Below, one piece after another: positions 55,104 through 64,000 of a stretch of 64,000 nucleotides of DNA. The DNA is from Chlorokybus atmophyticus (Eukaryota; Plantae; Mesostigma and Chlorokybus algae), in assembly GCA_009103225.1 (NCBI GenBank), contig RHPI01000026.1:491210-555209 (forward strand), read 5' to 3'. How positions within the stretch are numbered: the first letter of the stretch is position 1; the number at the start of each line of letters is the position of its first letter. Both the position numbers and the translations under genes were made by a program. A model generated the notes under the pieces. The model did not search any database and had not been told where the DNA came from. It saw nothing but the letters and a program-made list of their open reading frames with translations.

Positions 55104-58100
55104 CTAGTAGTAGTTTGCAATCTTGCGGTGATGCGCCGCCGTCCTTCCATCAGGCCGGGACACGCCGCCCTCGCTGACCTCAGCGTACACAATCCAGTGG
55201 TCGGCGGCCTCCATCCTTGATTTGACTGTGCATTCCATGAATGCAAGGGCCTCCGACAGGATGGGAGAGCCGTTCTGGCCAACGGTATAGTCAACTCCCT
55301 CAAAACGGTCAGCTGTGAGCAAACACCGAATCAGAAGCATGCCAAGAGTAGCTGGCAAACATGAGTGGAAGAGCACAAACTGCACGGACAAAGGGCCAAA
55401 CCCAGTCCTACCTCCAGGAGGGAAGCGCTTCAAGAAGTGCTTCATCAATGGGGCGTAGCTGCTCTCCTCCAAGCAGTTAAGAACAAACTTGTCACCAACC
55501 TGCAGTTGACCAACTTGTGTCAGTTAAAAAGTTGCACATGCCTTGCAAGATACCCTTGGAATAATCGAAGCTATTCAAAAAATTTGATATGACAGATGGC
55601 ACTTACTTGCATCAGGGACTCAATGGCACGATCTTTGGCAACAGCAATGGTAAGCCCAAGAGGCTTGAAGCTTGCCTGCATGGACAGCGCAGCTGAGCTT
55701 TTTGTTTATGAAGGCATGAAGTGAGGGGTATGTTGATATATCGCACCATGACCTTGCAACTGTACCTGTGAAACCCAGGAGGCAATCATAGCACCACGAG
55801 ACGAACCACGAGCAGCCGTGACCACATACAGACCACCAGACACTCGTGCCAGAGCCTTGGCAACCTCAGGGTTCATGCCCTTCACATCAGCAATGGCCTT
55901 CTTCTTTGTGAGAAGCTGTCCAAGATCGGTGCCAGTTTCCTCATAGCGCTGGTAGTCAGCTTCTGTGGGTGTATCCTGCAGCACAACTATCTCAGCACAC
56001 CAAAGACGTCACCAGTAGAGAAAAACCGACAAGAACTGTCGCTTGGGACAAAGCTCATGCGGTAGATGCAAAGCGCGTATCATGGCTTACCGTCACTTTC
56101 AGTGGTACGCATGCAGGCTCCACCTCAAGCCCAATGAACTTCATATTCAGTGTATCAACTGGCTCATCATCTCCACCATAGCTCTCCGCAATCACAACCT
56201 TCTGTTTGCTTTTGCAGGCTGCCAACAGCGTTCCAAGAGCTTCCTGCGCTGGGCCTGCGAATGCAGATCTAAGTCAGACTCTGGCTGGCATTATTGCTTG
56301 ACACAATGATACATGAGCCTGCATGCTCTTAAGGGGGAGCTACAACGAAACCAACTGCCCGCACCAGTTCTCGGAGGTGCCATGACAACAATCGCGGCAC
56401 TTCGTCCAACAAGCTCCACCAGTTCTTGTGTCTCAACACTCCTCAAATCTGCCATCTCAACTGCTGCGTTGGCCTTGGTGATGCCCCTGGCAAGCGCCTG
56501 CAGCAACCATCAGAAGGCAATTAAGTTGGGTGCCAACCATTCACTGAATGCTAAGCAAGGCAGGGACAACAACAGCGAGTACAGACTATAGTAAGTACCT
56601 GTGAAAGACGGTCACTGTAGCCGTAGTCAGTGGTGTACAGCACTGCAACTGACGCTTCGCCCTTTGATACACCCTCACTCCAAGTCTGTGGACAAAGCAA
56701 TATCCCACAGCGTTAGCTATACATATGTCCACATAGAAGAAGCAACACATTAATGACTCACCTTGTAACGGCCAACCAGCTCTTGGACATTGTAGCGCAG
56801 CAACGGGCCATGGCCAGTGGCAATAGTTGTGAATTCCATGTCCTTCACCTTGCGCAGAGCCGTCAACACTGATCGGAAGTTGGGACGCATAAGGCAATCA
56901 TAATAAAACCGGAAGTGCGACTCAAGAGTGCTCAGGTCCTCGTCAAACACCTGAGCACACCGCGAATATTACACCCAGGAGCGCTGCAAGGCATAGCAAC
57001 CACAGCTGATAATTGGCAAAAAAACTTACCGCGTCAGATGCATAGTGCATGCCGAAGGCATCGCATGTGAAGATTGTCTTTGTGCCGTGATCATACGTGA
57101 ACATGGTGTCTGGCCAATGCAAATTGGGTGCAATGACAAACTCCAGCAGATGACCACCACCCAAGTCAATCTTGTCATTCATCTGCAAAGTGCACAGACA
57201 TCAGCGTTGTGACAGGGCGAGAGTGCGATGATCCCACTGTGCCCTGCAAGCATGCGTACCCCAACAACTTGGCTCTTGAAGGGCCGGTGCACCAGGTTCT
57301 TCAGGAACTGGATGCACACCTTGGACCCAACAACTGTCGCATCGGGTGCACGCTCCAGCAAATAAGGAATCAAACCGGAGTGATCTGGCTCTGTGTGGCT
57401 GACAATGATGTAATCAATGGTGGAGACATCAATCTGCACAGGACAATGATTAGCACACATGCAACTGCCAAATTATAAAAAATGTGCTTATGGCAAGTCA
57501 TGCAGAGCCTGCCTCCAGCTTGCAAACCACAATTTGCATACCCGCTCTTCGAGGCATGCCATGTAGAGGTCCTTGAACTTCTCATGTGAAGCATCTACAA
57601 CTGCAAGCTTGTCGCCGCGAATAATGTAGGAATTGTAGGTTGTTCCCTCCTGCAGCCCAAACTCACTGCACCACATAAATATATGTAAGCAATGTACGCG
57701 AGCAGCAGGATACCAAATACCAAATCCATGCGCCGTTGTCGTCAATGAAACATATGCCGACGACATCATACAACCTAAAGCACACACAAATACGCACATG
57801 TCAAAGCGGTCACGGTCCCAGTCCAAAGAGCGAATGGTGGTGATGTCCTGGGCAACTTCCGCAATCTAGCACAACAAAAACTGTGAGGGGATGAAGACCC
57901 AACGCAAATCACACTAGAACAGCAGCCGCAATTCACCAAGCAACAGGCCAGGTCGTTGAACTAGAAGAACTAGTGGTATTGATGACGTGAACAAGGCGAG
58001 TGCTTAGATGTGCTAGATGTAGGGGACGCAATAAACATACCTGAGTTTGCAGGCGCTTGTTACCAGTCCAAATTTCAACCTCCGACATCTCAGGTTTTAC

Positions 58101-58607
58101 TGGGGCTTCCACCGCCTGCATTGTCACTGCCAGCCGCTGCTGCCTACAAATCAGGCAACCCGTCAGACCGCTTGCTGTGACGACACAACTCTACCCACAT
58201 GCCCCTGAGCTCCACTGCCGTGATGCAGGTAAGTACACTCGCAAACCATGCCACGATGAGCAAGGCAATCTCTAGCACACCAACGTGCACCGCATGCAAC
58301 CGCAAAGACCGCAACTGAAGCGCGCGTGGGGAGGCTGGACCAGGGCGAACCAGCAACAAGTGCTACCAAACTCAGAGTGGACGAGTTAACAGGTAAGGAG
58401 TTGCATAAGAACCCGCAGTCAAGCATACCGTGCTGCTGCGCCCATGGACGGAACAGCCTTCTTGAGCACCGGGGCGGGCAGGGCCACCCCGGCGAACGCC
58501 TGCGACCGCAGGCCCGTGCGCCCCGCCGCATGCTGATGAGCCACTCCCGGCTTCGCCACAGCAGCGACCACCGTCGCGGGCGCCACCACCCTCATCGCCG
58601 CCGCCAT
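55104..58607 (-). CDS. FLV: Class C flavodiiron protein (FLV, canonical di-iron ligands, Flv3/FLVB-like), plastid-targeted
   Basis: [11 protein letters not shown]|..[19 protein letters not shown]; [10 protein letters not shown]; [14 protein letters not shown]; CDAFGMHY; IATGHGP; flavodoxin [11 protein letters not shown]; flavin reductase [14 protein letters not shown]...MIASWVSQ...[10 protein letters not shown]...[11 protein letters not shown]. Confidence 0.95.
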
Positions 58608-58870
58608 GCTGGCACCCGCAAACGCCACGCTAAACTGCACAGCTCACTCAGAGTGCCACGACAGCCTTGTAACCCGTACTTGTACCTCAAGACCCTAAGC
58701 AGACCCTTAATGCAACGTAACCCGTGCCGCGGAGAAGATTCTAGACGCGGCATGTGCAGCGGGTCCTGAACCAACAAGAGTACTATTCTATTGCTGAGGA
58801 TGGGTTCAGGACGGAATTTGTTGCAAGAAGTTGTCCCCGGGACTAAGGGGTGGAGGAGGCGCGGTTCAGG

Positions 58871-60066
58871 ATGCAGGCGGCGGCGGCGGCGGCGGCAGCC
58901 GGGGTGGGCTTGGGGGTGTCTGCGTTGCCAGGGAAGGCTGCTCCGGCTGCGGCGCTGACGCAGAGAGGTGTAAGGAAGCAGCAGCCGCAGCGGGTGGTGG
59001 CGTGTTCTGCTGCGGACAGCGCTGGCCGGCGGCGACCGCAGGAGGAGCAGCCTGCTGCCAGCCCGCCGCCATCGCAGCAGCAGCAGCCGAACGAGCCGCA
59101 GGAGCGCAGCCACCAGCAGCAGTATGTCAGCAGGCGAGTTGCACTGTGCGGGGCGTGCGCGGCGGTTGTAGCCGCCGCCTCCGCCGGCGAGGAGCGCTCC
59201 GCCCTTGCGGAGCCGCCCACGGAAGCCCCAGCCTGCAGGAACTGCCGTGGAAGCGGCGCGGTTGTATGTAAGCAATGTTAGCTTGACGATGCGTTTGTTA
59301 TTGCAAATGGCACAGCCATCCTGTCATGATACTGCCTCATATGCAGTCGCTAAGGGTTTTGCTGTGCTGCAGCAGAGTCTTGCATGCAAGGTTTTTCTCT
59401 TTTTTGTACCTTTCTTCAGCCTTGTGCTGAGCATCTGCTGCTCACATTGCTGCGCACAGCGAGTTAGTCGCAGCAGCCTCGGTCATACCTACTTGCATGC
59501 CACTTTGTGTACATCTCAGTATCACACAACGTGCATGCAAGGAAGCAGCTGCCAGTCACATGCAGGCTGGTATGAGTAGTCCATGTCATGCATGGGTTGT
59601 GTATGCAGTGAGCGTCTTTCTGTCATCACTTGAAGTATAACATGCAAGGGTACTCATGCAATCTGAGCTCTGCTTTCACAGGTGACATGTGCGGTGGCAC
59701 TGGCAAGTGGCGTGCACTAAACAGGAAGCGCACCAAAGACACTTACGAGTTTACCGAGTGTCCCAACTGCTATGGTACGTTGGCTAATTTGAGACTGTCT
59801 GCTATACAGCAGGCAACCGTCTGGTGCTGCATTGAAAAGGTGTACTGTCATGCATGTACAACAGCTCAGACCTGGTTGTCACAACATGCCTGTTTGCATG
59901 CTGATGTCACTTGCCTCGTGCGTCAGGTAATGGGAAGCTGGTCTGCCCCGTGTGCTTGGGAACTGGAGCTGCCAACAACAGGGGGTTGTTGAGGCGGCCG
60001 GAGTCGAAGGCGCTGCTGGACAAGATGTACCATGGGTCACTCAGGCCAGGCAATACTGGTCTATAG
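58871..60066 (+). CDS. PSA2: PHOTOSYSTEM I ASSEMBLY 2, DnaJ-type zinc-finger thylakoid lumen protein, 3 exons
   Basis: Bipartite presequence with SRR twin-arginine, then [12 protein letters not shown]|[31 protein letters not shown]|[13 protein letters not shown]...GLLRRP...LLDKMY, which follows the PSA2/EDA3 pattern. Confidence 0.88.
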
Positions 60067-61020
60067 TTGTGCGGAAGTAGGTTAGACAAACTTGGATGCG
60101 TCGCGGAGTTATGCAAACAATGTGGGTAGGTCATTTGCTATTAAATTTGCACTGGTACTTGGTGCATAGGTACGGTGCTTGAAGCTTGCTGAACTCGCCT
60201 ATTAGCATCAAGCGAGCAATGTTGGCAGCGTACTTCTTTCCTCCCAAGTGTTTTCAGGACATTGCCTTAGGTGCAGTCAGCACCAGTGCAGCTTCTTGTG
60301 AATTTCTGACGCGACGATGCTTTGTATGTTGCGTGACCGTACAATATACTGGTAACAATAACTACCAAGTCGTCACATTCCTACCCGACATGTATACAAT
60401 ATAAATGACTGCCTGCATTCTGTATGTTGCCTACACTTGCATGTTTGTTGCATGAGCCAACATACGCCACATTTTATGTACAATGAATGTCGCTTGCATA
60501 GAAAACATCACACTATCAGCACCTACAGTTGTAGTTGTCTGCTTGTTGTTGATGTTGCTATTGCTATTGCTATTGGTTTGCCCAGTCTCAGACTCACTGC
60601 TATACCCTATGCACGCGTATACCATTAATGTCACGCCTATAAGGCTGGCTAAAGTCATTCTCTGTTCCTTACTTATGTAAGTAAGATGAGACCAGGTGCG
60701 TTTTCCATGTCATAAGCATGTGTAGTGCTTGTGGGGTGGCTCTCACGTGGTCTGCTCTTGAGCCTATGAGGCCTTGAGTGAGATAAACTACACACAAGGT
60801 ATTGCATATCAGCAAGCACAGAGCTGGTCGGTACCATTGAGACATGGCCCTGTGAGCCATGTGTTCGTATGTGTGTGCATATGTTTGCATGTGCATATGT
60901 CCGCATATGAGTGCATATGTGAGGATATGATGGTACGTACTAGATGTATGCATGCATGCGCATATGTGTGCATATGCGCGCATATGTATGCGTAGGGATG
61001 CATATGTATGCATGTGTGTG

Positions 61021-61192
61021 ATGTCCTAGGCTGATATGACCAGCTAAGGACGTTCACATTGCCCAAGGGTGATGTTTGTGATGTCCAAGGCTGATGTGAC
61101 CAGCCACGGACGTTCACAATGTCCGAGGCTGAGGCTGATGTGTGATCAGTCTTGGACATTAAACAAGAGGTCCAAGGGCTGATGTGGCAGCC
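61021..61192. repeat. Degenerate 60-bp tandem repeat (2 copies plus partial)
   Basis: ATGTCCTAGGCTGATATGACCAGCTAAGGACGTTCACATTG at 61021 versus ATGTCCAAGGCTGATGTGACCAGCCACGGACGTTCACAATG at 61081, with a partial third copy near 61170. Confidence 0.85.
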
Positions 61193-62492
61193 GCTAGACA
61201 TGAGTTGTGGTCAACGCAGCCATGACAAAGCAAGTAGCCTTGGACTTGGTTAATCTAGGTCGGAGAGTAGCAAAGAGGGGGTATATGAACGGCCTCAACA
61301 AGTGTTGAAGGAGCTCAGCATGTGCATACTCGACTCTTGTGTGTGGGGTGCCTAGTTTAATTATTCAAGGGGCTCTCCCTCTCATCCCATGTGGGGTGTG
61401 ATGCTTGTGGCAGCTCTGCACATGTGTGTGGGGTGTGCTTGAGTGTGCATGTGTGTGGGAGCTGAGTAGAGAGGTTGGTGGCATCCTCTCCTTCCTTGGT
61501 GCGGTGCTGTGACTTCCCTTTCAAGGTACTGCACCGTGTGTTGCTGGTCGAGCTTCCGGAAGTAAGTCCTTGTGCTTGTGCATAAGTTTGCCAAGCCGTA
61601 CAGCAAGTAAGTGAGTGGTATTGTTACAATTAATACACATTGAAGGGTTGTTGCTACAAGTTTTTGACATCACATATAAGCACCCAGCATTATTAATCAT
61701 CGTGAATTTTGTTCATAACCTGCGTATAAACGTACATGGTAATCGTTATTACAAGGTACTTGATGCAAAAGTGATGCGTCGTGTATTAACTGTATATGTA
61801 TGCACATACCATAAATACATACATATATATTAATGTGTTGCCGCCGCCAATGACAATCAGCCCCCCTATTATGCAGTATGCAAGCATTGTTATCTGCTTA
61901 AGATCGTGCTACAAAGTACTCGAATTATGCAATTGTATATTGACCGTGATACGATAATAAAACGTACATTACTGTTTACTATATAGATTATGGCTGAAGT
62001 TTAATAAAAACGGTTCTTTTGCAATGCTAATAGACGTGTGTATGTAGTCATAACAATGGTTGCATGCTATGTGCAAGCCTGCTACTTTCTGACTTTAAAG
62101 TTATCAATCATATGTGAGGCGGGGCCCGATGACAAACACATGCATGTGGGGAAGTTGTAAGATAGATTCGATTCTCAAAAAAGGGATGTGTGTGCAATCT
62201 ATGCATGACGGCAGTTTATATGTTATGCAGCACCTTTACCATACAACGTGCTTTACATGTAGGTTGTTTACATTGTACATGTAGACAACCAATCAAAGCA
62301 ATGCTAACCTGAGACCGCATATAACTTAATGCATATATGTCTATGTTTATGTACACGTACGTGTACATAGACATATACATATACCTTGGCATTAACGTCT
62401 TCACCTCTATCGGCTGCGTTGTGCGGCATGCTATGTACATGTTGAAGTATATATCGTATATGGTAAAATATAGGGCTTAAAATACAATAAAG

Positions 62493-62779
62493 CCCCCCCC
62501 CCCCCCNNNNNNNNNNNNNNNNNNNNNNNNNNNNNNNNNNNNNNNNNNNNNNNNNNNNNNNNNNNNNNNNNNNNNNNNNNNNNNNNNNNNNNNNNNNNNN
62601 NNNNNNNNNNNNNNNNNNNNNNNNNNNNNNNNNNNNNNNNNNNNNNNNNNNNNNNNNNNNNNNNNNNNNNNNNNNNNNNNNNNNNNNNNNNNNNNNNNNN
62701 NNNNNNNNNNNNNNNNNNNNNNNNNNNNNNNNNNNNNNNNNNNNNNNNNNNNNNNNNNNNNNNNNNNNNNNNNNNNCCC
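62493..62779. other. Assembly gap (N 62507-62776) flanked by C runs
   Basis: Run of N bordered by C homopolymer. Confidence 0.98.
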
Positions 62780-63493
62780 AAAAAAAAACCTTTGTGCAGG
62801 TAGTTCGGCAGATCGACGCTAATTGCCACTGCGTGCTTGCATGCACATAGATCCAGCCCTCATAGTGTAGCTGGCTGCATGCTGCTTGTTGTGGTGTGAT
62901 TATATTTGCTTTATTATTGTTGCCTTGCTGCTTGTTTACACCATTGCTTGCGGCCCCTTTGCTGTGACCCTATGATACCAACACGATGTGCTCATCAAAC
63001 GGCCAGCAACATGTGTATTACTCAACTTCAAGCCAGTCCAAGCCTAACCATGTGCCAGAGACCGCTGTGAGTGGAACCTACGCCAGATTTATGCAGCACG
63101 GAGCTTGCCACCTGACACAAGCGTGGCTCGGGTGCGGTACCAGCCATGTTTGTGTCAGAGATGCCACATCAAGTAAATCAACACGCGCAGGCAATATTTT
63201 CCTGTGGAATCAGCCAGCGGCGTCGCAAGGCACTAGGTCTACGACGTCGTCCTGACGCCTGCTATTGCTAGTGCCAGTGGCACCAGCTTTTATTGAAGTG
63301 GCACCAGAATTGCTGCATGCTATTGATGGCAAGCATCAGCAGCTGTATGCTGTGAAGCAGCATGCTTCACAGCATACAGCTGCTGATGCTTGTTCTTTGT
63401 GCTGATGCTGATGAGAGGCGTATGGTATTAGCCACTTACACCTACTGCGCTTCCAAGTGCAATTGGCGTTGAGGGCGTATGCAGGAGTGCTCT

Positions 63494-63495
<2 letters not shown>

Positions 63496-63523
<28 letters not shown>
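63496..63523. repeat. (GGC)n microsatellite
   Basis: About 9 consecutive GGC units. Confidence 0.85.
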
Positions 63524-63524
<1 letters not shown>

Positions 63525-64000
63525 TGTCCCGCTCTTTGTTGTCGTCGTTGTCGTTGTTGCTGCTGGGAGAGTGTATACTTGCATGTCGTCGTCCTGACGG
63601 CTCTTTGCATGTTTTGCGTCTCAGCCGCAGTGCGTAGCAAGCTGGGCATTATGCCGTCGTCTGCGCCGTGCAAGTGCAATTAAGGCATTGACACCTTGCT
63701 TGCTGAGACGGCATGTGGTGAAGCTATACAATAAGAGTAGCAGACCGGTCGAAATGCTGGGAATGTTTGCGAGGAGACGGCCAGATGTACACAGCTTGCA
63801 AGGTGAGAGCTGCTTCGCTCCGTGCTGGTGCTAAGCCGTGAAGGTGTTGCATGAAAAGTGCTGAGCTCGTCCGGCTTACGTATGGTTTACCAAAGCGCTC
63901 CTCAGCTTGTACAGCTGTTGAGCATGCACCGTTTGCACTTTTGCAACTTTGGCTCAAGTATTGGTATCGGCTATAGTGAGTAGCATGTCGATGTTATTCC

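Noticed and set aside
61021-61192. Repeat-spacer appearance suggestive of a CRISPR array
   Set aside because: Only two adjacent degenerate 60-bp units without unique spacers, in eukaryotic context with no cas genes.

Overview
Compact, intron-rich eukaryotic nuclear DNA in the standard genetic code. It is most consistent with a flagellate-capable green alga or early streptophyte (inference from plant-like proteins, a flavodiiron gene, plastid transit peptides and an enkurin-domain gene). By joining exons across GT-AG and GC-AG introns I can support 15 protein-coding genes: RAPTOR (runs off the window start), SEC23, a CCCH zinc-finger protein, a family-16 methyltransferase, an enkurin-domain protein, THG1, a PAQR/heptahelical protein, condensin CAP-H, ABCI11/NAP14, cytosolic ThrRS, NDUFB9, a plastid YgfZ/GcvT-like protein, an aldo-keto reductase, a flavodiiron protein and PSA2, plus a CK1-like gene. 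Twelve of them sit in six tight head-to-head pairs. The most unusual block is 42-50 kb. It holds a CK1-family gene with intact splicing but HRD changed to HRS (candidate pseudokinase), lying between the YgfZ 3' end and a decayed direct copy of it, next to a tRNA-like Pol III element and a long hairpin. Other points are at least five GC-AG introns, a palindrome plus inverted telo-box module in a 174-bp bidirectional promoter, a possible second cistron 19 nt behind NDUFB9, AT-rich decayed islands with hairpins, and two assembly gaps at poly-C tracts. No CRISPR array, rRNA or intact transposase was seen. Exon boundaries were called by eye and family assignments are from recalled motifs, not database searches.
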